DNA from: Octopus sinensis
Lineage: Eukaryota
NCBI RefSeq assembly: GCF_006345805.1
Contig: NW_021834328.1
Coordinates: 1 to 51,454, forward strand
Length of the DNA stretch: 51,454 nt
Reading direction: 5' to 3'
Shown: positions 37,664 through 49,990 of the stretch, piece after piece
Position numbering within the stretch: position 1 is the stretch's first letter
How the letters are laid out: each line of letters starts with the position of its first letter
Position numbers and translations under genes: made by a program
The notes under the pieces: generated by a model
What the model saw: only the letters and a program-made list of their open reading frames with translations
Database searches by the model: none
Told to the model about the DNA's origin: nothing

Positions 37664-37821
37664 CAACAAATTAGCGGCTCTGTCTTCATGCTTTGACACT
37701 ATTTCGTAACACCTAGGTCTCATATTCCTGGTTATCCTCCTGACTCAAATATTAACGAAATATAGTATGATATATTTTTATTTACATTTGACCTATATTT
37801 GTCCTCATCTTGTTTGTTGTT

Positions 37822-37867
37822 ACCACAACGTTTCGTCTGGTGTACTCTCCAGCCTTCATCAAGTGTT
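37822..37867 (-). ncRNA. Decayed minimal hammerhead motif H2 (C3U)
   Basis: AACAC UUGAUGA A GGCUGG-AGAGUACA-CCAGAC GAA AC|GU U^ GUGGU. Confidence 0.7.
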
Positions 37868-38080
37868 CTGGTGGAATTTCGAATCCAACCCTTTATTTGA
37901 CTAATGGGGTACTCTGTTCTCATTCCTAAGGTATGTTGCCGGTGTTAATATCATTTTTTCAAATCCCTGCCTATGATTAAACTTAGATAAATATCAACAG
38001 AAAAATAACATCAGAAACATACCTTAGGAATAAGAACAGAGTGCCCCATGAGACAAATAAAGGGTTCGAAATTCCACTAG

Positions 38081-38126
38081 AACACCTGGTGAAGGCTGGA
38101 AAGTACACCAGCCGAAACGTTGTGAT
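38081..38126 (+). ncRNA. Decayed minimal hammerhead motif H2 (A6G)
   Basis: AACAC CUGGUGA A GGCUGG-AAAGUACA-CCAGCC GAA AC|GU U^ GUGAU; cut after 38121. Confidence 0.7.
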
Positions 38127-38521
38127 AACAAGAAACAAGGCGAGGATACCTATCAGTCAATCGTAAATAATGTACATAATTTCTCATCTCAAAAATATAA
38201 AATAGTTTGGTACTGTCATTCACAGATACAATGAGACACATGCACACATACATAGAGATACATAAATCCAGATAGATAAACAGGTGGATATATAGCAGAT
38301 TAGCCAAATGTATATTTTGCAATTTTGAGATTGGCGATTATTACCACAAGATAACAATATCGTCTGCGCCATATCAATACTAAAAATAACAAATGAATGA
38401 TATGCAACTTCTAAAGATTTAATAAGGCAATCAGGTTATAAGATTGTCCTTACATAATGATATTCATTGTTAATGAAATATGCGTAAAATGATGTAAATA
38501 AATATTATATAAATAAACATA

Positions 38522-38922
38522 GGCGTAGGAGTGGCTGTGTTGTAAGTAGGTTAGTTACGAACCACATGGTTCCGGGTTCAGTCCCACTGCGTGGCACCTT
38601 AGACAAGTGTCTTCTACTATAGCCTCAGGCCGACCAAAGCCTTGTGGGTGGATTTGGTAGACGGAAACTGAAAGAAGCCCGTCAAATATATGTATATGTG
38701 TGTGTGTGTGTGTGTGCTTGTGTTTCTATGATTGTCCCCTCCCCCAACATCGCTTGAAACGGATGCTGGTGTGTTTACGTCACCGTAACTGAGCGGTTAG
38801 GCAAACGACACCGTTAGAATAAGTACTAGGCTTAAAAAGAATAAGTCCTGGGGTCGATTTACTCAACTAAAGGCGGTGCTCCAGCATGGCCACAGTCAAA
38901 TGACTGAAACACGTAAAAGAGT
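38522..38922 (+). mobile_element. Full-length SINE S2 (reference copy in this window)
   Basis: tRNA-like head (TGGCTGTGTTGTAAG; GGGTTCAGTCCC), a CORE-like GGCACCTTAGACAAGTGTCTT segment, central (TA)(TG), and a 3' AAAAGAGT end. Confidence 0.93.
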
Positions 38923-39165
38923 AAATTCGTCTGTTTTGTTTTACTTTACATCCATCCATCCATCCATCCATACATACATACATACATACATACATACATA
39001 CATACATACATACGTATATACATACATACACGACCACTTAAGCATGAGCAACACGGAAGCGAATTTTCGGCCCTGCTAGGTATCTACAACCTTTTGCACA
39101 GATGTAACAACGATGGGCGCCTCTTGCAGTGGGTGTTACAATATCGTTTTGGTGAATCTTCATAT

Positions 39166-40050
39166 GAAAATTTTCGAAAAATTTTTGGGTAACATTTTCG
39201 GTGAAAATTTTCAAAATATTCTTGAGGAAAATATTCGATAAATTTTTAGGTAAAATTTTCGGAAAATTTTTGGTGAAATTTTCGAAGAATTTATGGGTAA
39301 AATTTTCGGCAAAAGTTTTCGAAAAATTCAAAGAATTCTTGGTGAAAATTTTCGAAAGATTTTTGGTGAAAATTTTCGAAAAATTTTTGGGTAAAATTTT
39401 CGGTGAAAATATTCGAAAAATTTTAGGGGAAAATTCTTCAGGAAAATTTTTGAAATATTTTTGGTTAAAATTTTCGGCAAAGATTTTCGAAAAATTGTTG
39501 GTGAAAATTTTCGAAAAATTTTTGGGGAAAATTTTCGAAAAATTTTTGCGTAAAATTTTCGAAAAATTTTAGGGGAAATTCTTCAGGACAATTTTTGAAA
39601 AATTTTGGGTAAAATTTTCGGCAAATATTTTTGAAAAATTTTTGGTGAAACTTTTCGAAAAATTCTTCAGGAAAATTTTTGAAAAATATTTGGGTAAAAT
39701 TTTCGGCAAAATTTTTTAGGGAATTTTTCGGTGAAAATTTTCAAATAATTCTTGGTGAAAATTTTTTTTTAATTTTTGGTGAAAATTTTCGAAAAATTTT
39801 TGGGTAAAATTTTCGAAATATTTTTGGGTAAAATTTTCGGTGAAAATTTTCGAAAAATTTTTGGGTAAGATTTTCGGCAAAAATTTTCGAAAAACTTTTG
39901 GTGAAAATTTACGGTGAAAATTTTCGAAACATTTTTGAAAATTTTTCCCCAAAATTATTGAAAATTTTTAATAAGAATTTTTCAAAATTTTTCCCAGAAA
40001 TTTTTGAAAATTTTCCCCAAAAATTTTTGAAAATTTTTCCCAAAAATTTT
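39166..40050. repeat. AT-rich degenerate minisatellite (12/24-bp period, about GAAAATTTTCGAAAAATTTTTGGT) with an orientation switch near 39935
   Basis: Seen directly. After about 39935 the G-runs become C-runs (TTTTCAAAATTTTTCCC). The KIFEKFL ORFs are repeat translations. Confidence 0.9.
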
Positions 40051-40242
40051 GGGAGTGGTAACGACTAGGGTAAGGTAACTGACTGCTTATTGTGATCATT
40101 CGTCTTTTGGTTTACAATTTTTATAGGGTGTGTAAAGAGGGAAATAACCCTCATCTGCAATTTTGATGAAATTCGAAACATAGATATTCCAGTTCATTCC
40201 GAAAATATAACAGAAAAGTCTAATTCTTCAATTGAATGTAAA

Positions 40243-40268
40243 CGGGCAACGCCGGGTATCTCTGCTAG
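40243..40268 (+). mobile_element. Helitron-like 3' terminus
   Basis: CGGGCAACGCCGGGTATCTCTGCTAG|T: short hairpin remnant, then CTAG followed by T. Confidence 0.65.
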
Positions 40269-40913
40269 TATTATATATAACATTTTCCTGTTTTCCGTTT
40301 TTGCAAAATCAATCCTTAAGGACCAAACATAGTCTATATAATACAAGAGTTGTGTCCTCCCGTTTATCTTTTCGTCCACCATACGCTATCAACAATCAAG
40401 ATGAAAATTCAAGTAATTTATTTGAAGAAACGAAATAAAATTTTTAGAAGCAGTGAATGTATTCAGTTTATGAATTGAATTCACATATGCAACGTGAGAA
40501 AAAATATTTGTACAGAGAGACAACAGGGTAGCGCCGTTTGTAGGGGAGGTTGGGAAGGGGAAAGGGGAGGCTGGAGTGTCAGAATGAAACAGGGGATGTT
40601 AAGCTAAGAGAAGTTAGTATAAGTAAGTATAAGTTCTGGCTCTTGTGAACATGACAGGAGGAACGAATAGGTAGAAGAAAGTGACAATTGAAAAATTGGC
40701 AATTAGCGATTAAGAAACGAAAAGAGAAAAGTGAAAAATGAAAAACTAGGAAGAAATCAAATGCTGAGGCAGGATGATATTTTTATAGATTACATGAACT
40801 GTGAGGAGATCCTCGGAAATCCTCGTTTTAAATTCCAGAAAATTTCAAAAATTCTCCCAAATGTTTCTTTTGAGTCAATTCAGAAATTGCCATGGCCTGA
40901 CGGTTTTAAGCGT

Positions 40914-41015
<102 letters not shown>

Positions 41016-41027
41016 AGACAGACAGAC

Positions 41028-41119
<92 letters not shown>

Positions 41120-41127
41120 CTACCTAC

Positions 41128-41170
41128 ATTTTCTTTTACCCAAAGCCAGGACCTTTTCCCCATCCCCTCG
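41128..41170 (-). mobile_element. Solo mariner-type TIR fragment within (GATA)n
   Basis: Minus strand TA|CGAGGGGATGGGGAAAAGGTCCTGGCTTTGGGTAAAAGAAAAT resembles the TACGAG...GAAAAG start of the TIR at 780/2100. Confidence 0.55.
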
Positions 41171-41214
41171 TATATAAAGACAGATAGATAGATAGGTAGA
41201 TAGATAGATAGAAT

Positions 41215-41296
<82 letters not shown>

Positions 41297-41662
41297 CAAA
41301 CAAATATATATACATAGAGAGAGAGGGGGAGAGACATACGTGTATAGTAATACGTGTATATGAATACATACATATTAACACACATACATATGCCTGTGTA
41401 AGTACACATATTTTTAGGAAAACGTTTGTTTCCAGCTAGTTAGACTACAGTGCCCAATGCAAGTATCACCGTTTATGATATTTTGCAGCTGTAAGTTTAT
41501 AATTTACTGCTGGTAGTTTCAAATTCCGATCCTCAGGTAAGTGTTAAAAAATGAAAAACAACTGTCAGGTTTCAATTTGTATAATGGACTGATTGAAAAT
41601 TAATTTCAGAAGATTCAACATACTTTTGAATATCTCCTCAAGTTAAATGCGAAATGTTTTTT

Positions 41663-41805
41663 TAATGATGTAAAAATTTTAAAAAATACGAAGGACAGAA
41701 CGACAAGAATAGATTTCAGACAAAAACGCGAAATAAAATGTAATAAATTTGTTAATAATGAGAGATGAAAAATAAAATATAAAATAATAAAACATAAAAA
41801 AAAGG
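41663..41805. repeat. Inverted partner of 37500-37639
   Basis: For example AAGAATAGATTTCAGACAAAAACGCGAAATAAAATGTAATAAATTTGTTAATAATGA is the near-exact reverse complement. Confidence 0.9.
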
Positions 41806-42149
41806 AATAAATTTATGAATATAGAAAAGGAAAGGTGTATATAACAAATTGTCTGAAAACAAAATACTCTGTGTGAATAAATGTGTGGTGGTGGTGGGGT
41901 GGGGGGTTATTGGGACAGTGTGTATATGAGCGTTTGTGTTTGAGTCGACGAGTGTATATATATGTTCTGTTTGTATTGAAATCAAAAACACATCAATCTT
42001 CATTTCATTCTCAGACTGTTAGTAGCAGCGTGTGTGTTAGTGTGTGTGTGTCTCCACGCCGTCTCTCCTTGCGATTCTGTGATATACGTTTCTGTGTCTA
42101 TATATATATATGTACATATACATACATATAATATACATTATATATATAT

Positions 42150-42217
<68 letters not shown>

Positions 42218-42448
42218 ATATACATATATATATGTGTATATGTGTATATATATATATAATATATATATACATAGATATATATATATATATACATACATGT
42301 ATATATGTGTATATATATATATACATAGATATATATATTTACTTACATTTATTATCATAGTTATATAAACGTATACATTTGAAGATATATATATATATAT
42401 ACAGATATATATACATACATACAAAATATATGTATATTATATATATAT

Positions 42449-42482
<34 letters not shown>

Positions 42483-42485
42483 TAC

Positions 42486-42560
<75 letters not shown>

Positions 42561-42573
42561 ATTATATAGAAGG

Positions 42574-42624
42574 AGCTTCTACAGGACTAGAACTGTTTCA
42601 TTCAAGAGAAATCTTCAGGAAGCT
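42574..42624 (-). ncRNA. Type I hammerhead ribozyme H3, left copy
   Basis: AGCUUC CUGAAGA UUUC-UCUU-GAAU GAA ACAG-UUCUAGUC-CUGU A^ GAAGCU: canonical core, stem I 6 bp, stem III 4 bp, GUA triplet; cut between 42580 and 42579. Confidence 0.85.
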
Positions 42625-42959
42625 AGTTAACAAGAATTGTATTGGCATTTATACATTTAGGCAGGTTTAAAGGGGTGGTGGTGGGGGACTTTTTTGGGGG
42701 TAGGCATAGCGCAAAATATCATACTTGGGGGAGTGGTCAAGGAGTCAGTGGTAAATTAGATAAAAGAATAAATAAAAGAATAAAAAAAATAATAAAAAAA
42801 TATAAAATAAAAAATAAAAAAATTAAAAAATAAAATAATAAAAAAATAATAAAAAAATAAAAAATAAAAAATAAAAAATAAAAATATATATATATAAATA
42901 TATATATAAAAAAATATATATAAAAAAGAATAGAGCTTTAGGTAAATAAGGAGATTCTC

Positions 42960-43788
42960 ACTTATACCTATACACATATGTATACATATACACACACACA
43001 CACACACATATATACATACACACATACATACACACACACATGTACATATATATACACATACACATACATACACATATCTACACATACACATATATATATA
43101 TATATATCTATATATATACATATATGTATATATACATACACACACACACATGCATACACATATACACACATGTATGTATACACACACTACCACACTTACA
43201 TATACACACAAAAAAATATATATACATACACACACATACACATACACGCATACACACACATATATATATCCACATACACACATGCACACACAACACACAG
43301 GTCCCTATATACACATATATACACATACACACATATATACATATATATACATATATATATATATACATATGTGTACCTATACATACCTACACATACACAC
43401 ATATATCCATACAAATACAGACCCATTCCCTAATTTTAATTTTATTATCTTCATTTATTACTTTTGTTATCTTTGACCGCTGGTCGCAAGCATCATGGCT
43501 ATGACAGCAAGTCCATTAATCTTTCTACTTGAAAACAAGCACTCATTCACGCACGCACACTCATTTGCACGCACCCTCACTCATTCGTACACTCATACAC
43601 ATATTCGCACGCACGCGTTATATTCATACATACATACATCTACATACATTCACGTATATACACATACGTACGCGTACCTACAGATTCATGTCTACACTCT
43701 TAGAAGGCTAGTCTATACATATACACCAATAAATATATATACACACATACATATACACCTACATACAAATACATACATATATATATAT

Positions 43789-43834
<46 letters not shown>

Positions 43835-44451
43835 ATATATATACATACATACACATACATACACATACACACATACACATACATACGTATACATACATAC
43901 ATACATCCATACATCCGTACATACATACATATATACACATACAAACACCCACACGTATACATATACATACATATATATACGCGCATGCATACACATACAA
44001 ATACATACACATACACATATACATATACATACATACATATATATACACACACATACATACATATACATACATACATATACAAATATACGCACACACATAC
44101 ATACACATATACACATACACGCACATGCACATTTACATGCGTACCCATACACACACACACACGCTCATCCATATATACACATAAGTACACACATGCGTAA
44201 AAGTATACATAAATCTATGCTTACACATACACACACACACACACGCGCCTCCTTATATTTATACTTACATGCAAACTCAAAAAATAAATAATAAAATATA
44301 TATACGCGCAGTTATTCATACATGCATACTCAAAAAATAAATAATAAATATTAAGTATATGTACGTGCAGTTACCTATTATACAGACGGATACATACATA
44401 TAAACTTACACACATATACATATATATACATATATACATATACACATATAC

Positions 44452-44490
<39 letters not shown>

Positions 44491-44656
44491 TATACATATA
44501 TATATATATACATACCTACACATATGTACATATTACATACACACATAGATAACTCTACGTACCTACATATACATAAACACACGAGCGTACACGTATGTAC
44601 ATATACACATACACATACACACACATATATATACATACATACATATACATACACAC

Positions 44657-44735
<79 letters not shown>

Positions 44736-44935
44736 TACATATACACACCACATATACATGTGTGCAAACATACATACATACTCATACATGCACACACACT
44801 TACATATACATATATACACACACTTACACACATATATATACATACATATATACATACATACATACATATATGTATACATACACATATTCACACATACACA
44901 TATATACATATATACACATACATATACATTTACAC

Positions 44936-44969
<34 letters not shown>

Positions 44970-45491
44970 ATATACATATATATATACACACATACATATA
45001 CGCACACATATATACATATACATACACTTATATACCCACACGTACACATATACACAAATATACATATATACATACATATACACACATACACACACACACA
45101 CATATATATATACATACATACACATACACATACATATACATATATATATACACACATATACACATGCACATACTTATAACTCTACATACCCATATATACA
45201 TATATATATATATACATATACATATATATATGCACACACACATACACATACATATATACATGCATATATACACACATATATATATATATACACATCTACA
45301 ATTTGTATCTACACTCACATACATGCACATACACATAACTCTACATACCTACATATACGTCGACATACTCGCGTACACTCATATATATACATATATACAC
45401 ATACACACACACATACATATACATATATATAAACATATATAAATACACATATACACACACATACATATATATATTACATACACACACACAT

Positions 45492-45536
<45 letters not shown>

Positions 45537-45610
45537 ATATATACATATTATATATATATATATATAATATATATATATAATATATATATATATATATACA
45601 CACATACATT
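42960..45610. repeat. About 2.6 kb of degenerate (TACA)n/(CA)n/(TA)n simple sequence with small unique islands
   Basis: Seen directly. Islands at about 43420-43560 and 44250-44390; all HT/YI/CV ORFs here are artefacts. Confidence 0.95.
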
Positions 45611-46131
45611 ATCAACATTGAGGGTAAAGTTAATTAGTTATTAATCAATTTCACCAAGTATTCAGTATGTAAAAGGACCATTATTTTTTTGAGTAAACAA
45701 TGTCTGAGAGAAAATATTCTCTAAGTAGGGGAGAGGCTAAAAAATTTTTGGGCTGCTATTTCTAGAAAGTTCAGTATGTGGCAAGTAATTTATTTACTAA
45801 GCCCTAATTATATAATATTTATACATACATACACACAACATACACACATACATATCACATACATATGCATACACACATACATACATATATACATATATAC
45901 ACACACACACACACACACGCACATACATATATATATATTTTTTTTACATACATACACACACACACATAATACATGCGTATATTCCTACTATACCCATACA
46001 TTTCTATACATATATACGATACACATATACAAGCGTGCACATACAATATGTGAAAGGTCTTAGGAGAAAAGGTAATCGGGGGTGCCAGGGGAACGGTGGG
46101 ATTTGGGGGGGTTTTTGTGGGTGGGGTGTCA

Positions 46132-46296
46132 TCAATCTGGTTGCCGGGTAGGTCTATAGTTCTTGTAGTTTGCATACTTCTTATGCATGCAATTTGGGGA
46201 GTGTTCTGAGATTTTGTTAAGGAGAGGACCTTTGGCGAACAAGATCTCTAGGCTCTCCGAAATGCAAAGGTCACAGCAGGTATGGCCTCCTGTGTA
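46132..46296 (-). pseudogene. C-terminal remnant of a Penelope-like element ORF (GIY-YIG endonuclease tail)
   Basis: YTGGHTCCDLCISESLEILFAKGPLLNKISEHSPNCMHKKYANYKNYRPTRQPD* matches the recalled pattern Y...CxLCxxE..I....LLNxxSE....CxH. It has no ATG and is absent from the ORF track. Confidence 0.75.
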
Positions 46297-46494
46297 TTTT
46301 TTTATTTTTTTATTTTATATTTTTTTATTATTTTTTTTATTCTTTTATTTATTCTTTTATCTAATTTACCACTGACTCCTTGACCACTCCCCCAAGTATG
46401 ATATTTTGCGCTATGCCTACCCCCAAAAAGTCCCCCACCACCACCCCTTTAAACCTGCCTAAATGTATAAATGCCAATACAATTCTTGTTAACT

Positions 46495-46545
46495 AGCTTC
46501 CTGAAGATTTCTCTTGAATGAAACAGTTCTAGTCCTGTAGAAGCT
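46495..46545 (+). ncRNA. Type I hammerhead ribozyme H3, right copy
   Basis: Identical to the left copy; core CTGAAGA 46501-46507, GAAA 46520-46523, cut after 46539. Confidence 0.85.
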
Positions 46546-46634
46546 CCTTCTATATAATAAATTAATTTTACTCTGCTATGTATTGAGTACCTTATTTACT
46601 GTGGTTAACCCCGAATCAACCCGGGACCTACATA

Positions 46635-46713
<79 letters not shown>

Positions 46714-46858
46714 ATATTTTCGTTTAATTACCCGAGTTTGGTGCGTGTGTATTGTGATATTTCAAGGTAGTTTAGAGATGTTTGGCGTCTTTTTCAGCAC
46801 GTGACAAACCTGTATATTTACTACTCTCGCTTGCCCTGAATATAAATTTATACATATA

Positions 46859-46942
<84 letters not shown>

Positions 46943-47177
46943 TATACATATATATATTTTTAAAGTTTCAGCTCAGAGCTGCGGGCCATGCTGATGCACT
47001 ACCGTTTTGTGCTACACTGTTATTACTAAGAGCCTCCACTAATATGTGGCACTTGGTGAAGAATGGAGTTTATGTATGTATAAATAATATATATTTATAT
47101 GTATATATATATATATATATGTATATATATGTATATATATATAAATAGATATATATATGTATATATATATATACATA

Positions 47178-47230
<53 letters not shown>

Positions 47231-47631
47231 AGAGAGAAGAGAGAGAGAGAGAGAGATATGCCACCCTGTGTGTTTCAACGCTTAAATCGATTTTAAACAA
47301 CACTTCTGAAAGTCATTGCATTCACATATGTCGACGCGAACATGTGACTTCATTCCGAGTCCACATGTGAACTGTTACACGAGCTGTGCCCAGGAGCTGA
47401 TTTAAATGCATTTACGATGTCTTTTTTTCAAATATATAAATAAATGAACCTCTGCTATTTTCTACTGAATATTGATCTATGAGAGTTTTGTTTTATTTTT
47501 AAAAATTCATTGAAATATATGGCGATTTTTTAGTTTAGTGAATACATTTTTCTATAATTGGAAAACATCAAACATATAAATATTTACATTAGAAGCGATT
47601 CAGCGATCGTTTTCAAAAGCAAAATGCGTTA

Positions 47632-47775
47632 TAGTCGCAGGCGTGGCTATGTGGTTAAGGCGCTCGCTTTACAACCGCGTGCTTTCAGATTCAGTTCCAC
47701 TTTGGCAAATGTCTCCACGGTAGTCCCGGGAATATCTTTTGAGTGTATTTAGTAGACGGAAACCGTGTGGAAGCA
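47632..47775 (+). mobile_element. Diverged SINE S2 5' part
   Basis: GTCGCAGGCGTGGCTATGTGGTTAAG..TTGGCAAATGTCT..GTAGACGGAAAC. Confidence 0.7.
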
Positions 47776-47787
47776 CACTTCATATAT

Positions 47788-48240
47788 GGTGCGGGTGCTA
47801 CGTTCCAAAAACCTCCGCGATCCGTGAAGTAGAAACAGTAGTGTACTGTATTTTCTATATAATTTGTATACATTTATTTTATTATAAATGCAAAACAACA
47901 CCATGGAAGAATCGACTTAGGCTTAAATAATAATAAACCGCGATAGGTAAACTGCGATAGGTGGACTGCGAAGGTGAACCGCGATAGGTAAACCGTGATA
48001 GGTGAACTACGACAGGTGGACTGCGATAAGTCAACCACGATAGGTGAACCGTGATAGGTGAACTACGATAGGTGAACCGCGATAGGTGAACCGCGATAGG
48101 TGAACTGCGATAGGTGAACTGTGATAGGTGAACCGCGATGGGTGAACCGCGACAGGTAAACTGCGATAAGTGAACCACGATAGGTGAACCGCGTTAGGTG
48201 AACCACGATAGGGGAAACGTAATGTGACAAGGGATTATTG
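47788..48240 (+). mobile_element. Tigger/pogo-like MITE remnant
   Basis: Left part GCTACGTTCCAAAAACCTCCGCGAT..GTGAAGTAG and right end AGGGATTATTG|TA resemble CAGTAATCCCT-type TIR elements (from recall); the left TIR is missing. Confidence 0.55.
47934..48213. repeat. 14-bp minisatellite GAACCGCGATAGGT, about 20 units
   Basis: Seen directly. Confidence 0.95.
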
Positions 48241-48895
48241 TATAGTATAGTCGTGACTTATCAAGGAAATACGAACTCACTTCACTTCAATTGAAACACG
48301 AACTAATATAAGTAAACCGCTCTTTCAACTTGGAAGTATTTAACATGGCCAGCTATTGTTATATTATCATTGTTATATTATTATTATTATTATTCTCTTA
48401 GATTACACGATTAACTCTTTATCCGACTGAATCATTTATAAGCCAAGGACACAGGGACACGCAGTGCAAAGTTTTATTTACGTGATGATATGATACATTC
48501 TGGATAAATCCACTTTAAATCGAAGGGAAAATTTCTTATTCAAAATCACGTTTAACTTGGCAGATAAACCAAAACTATTAGAATGATGGCGATGTGATAC
48601 GAAACGAGTACTTTATTTATTATTCGTAGACTGGCAGTCTGTAAAAGATCGTATTGTAAAGATGGCGGTGGTTGGGGGTGGGGGCTATAGTGAATGTCAT
48701 CGTGGATGCACAGTCAGTGGGTGACCTGTAGATTATTAATACACTAATAAATTTCTACAAAACACGGCGCCATTGATTGCAATGGCGTGATATTTAAACA
48801 GTGGTTTTCGCTTTTTTCTATTTTTTCTTTTACCCTTTAGGTACTTTTTTATCATGTACATACATATTGAGACATACGTATGCGTACATATATAT

Positions 48896-48930
<35 letters not shown>

Positions 48931-49041
48931 CATATACAATAATGTATATATATATACAATATATATATATATATATATGTAATATATATATTTTATATAT
49001 ATGTTTACATATTGATATATAATATGTACATATATAATATA

Positions 49042-49082
<41 letters not shown>

Positions 49083-49329
49083 ATATATATATATACATAC
49101 ACATATGTATGTATATATATATATAAGAGAGAGAGAGATATATAGGTATAGATATATGCATATATATATGCATAAGTTCATACATGTATACATGTGTGTA
49201 TGTATTTATACGCATACGTGTGCCTGTATATGTAGTGTGTGCATGCGTGCATGTGTGCATGTGTGTGTGTGTTTTTGTCCCTGCTTATAAATGTATTAAG
49301 ATATGGATAATCTACACTACTTTCTTAAA

Positions 49330-49900
49330 CTTATTTACAATATATTATACACACACACAGGCATATATATAGAGACGAAAGACATAAATATAAATGTGTG
49401 TATGTATGTATGTATGTATGTATGTATGTATGTATGTATGTATGTGAGTGAAAGAGAGAGAAAGTTTGTATATACAAATACGCATATATATGCCTATATA
49501 CATATAGAAAGATGGAATGAGAGACATCTATAAATGTATATACATATCTGTCATAAGTATACATACACACACATATATGTATATATATATATATATAGTG
49601 AACATAGGGAATATATATATGTGTGTGTGTGCGTGTGTGTATGTGTGTGTGTATGCATGTATTATGTATGTATGTATGTATGTATGTATGTATGTATGTA
49701 TGTATGTATGTATGTATGTGTATGTGTGAGAGAAAGTTTGTATATACAAATACGCATATATATGCCTATATACATATAGAAAGATGGAATGAGAGAAATC
49801 TATAAATGTATATACATATCTGTCATAAGTATACATACACACACATATATGTATATATATATAGTGAACATAGAAATATATATATATGTGTGTGCGCGCG

Positions 49901-49935
<35 letters not shown>

Positions 49936-49990
49936 ATGTGTGTGTGTATGTATGTATGTATGTATGTATGTATGTATGTATGTATGTATT
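49330..49990. repeat. Tandem duplication of about 275-280 bp bounded by (TATG)n
   Basis: GAGAGAAAGTTTGTATATACAAATACGC...ATAGTGAACATAG occurs at about 49455-49610 and 49728-49873. Confidence 0.9.

Larger units (their letters stand above)
37773..38201. mobile_element. Inverted pair of PLE-type terminal repeats (family H2), about 155-bp arms and 78-bp spacer
   Basis: Arms about 37778-37937 and 38016-38170; the right arm continues into a tail. Possible worn TSD ATAGT(A/T)TG(A/G)TA at 37762-37772 and 38202-38212. Confidence 0.85.
42559..46631 (-). mobile_element. 5'-truncated Penelope-like element (family H3) with about 263-bp inverted terminal repeats and a microsatellite-inflated interior
   Basis: 42559-42823 is a near-identical inverted copy of 46297-46558. 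The right copy continues into a tail ending at 46631. There is a GIY-YIG-type C-terminal remnant at 46296-46132, (TA)n on both flanks, and a hammerhead in each repeat. Confidence 0.75.

Noticed and set aside
39201-39572. 123-aa KIFEKFL amphipathic-looking ORF
   Set aside because: It is a product of the 12/24-bp minisatellite, with frameshifts on both sides.
41481-41542. TTTTGCAG acceptor and perfect CAG|GTAAGT donor bracketing 48 nt
   Set aside because: All three frames contain stops, and nothing else supports a non-coding exon.
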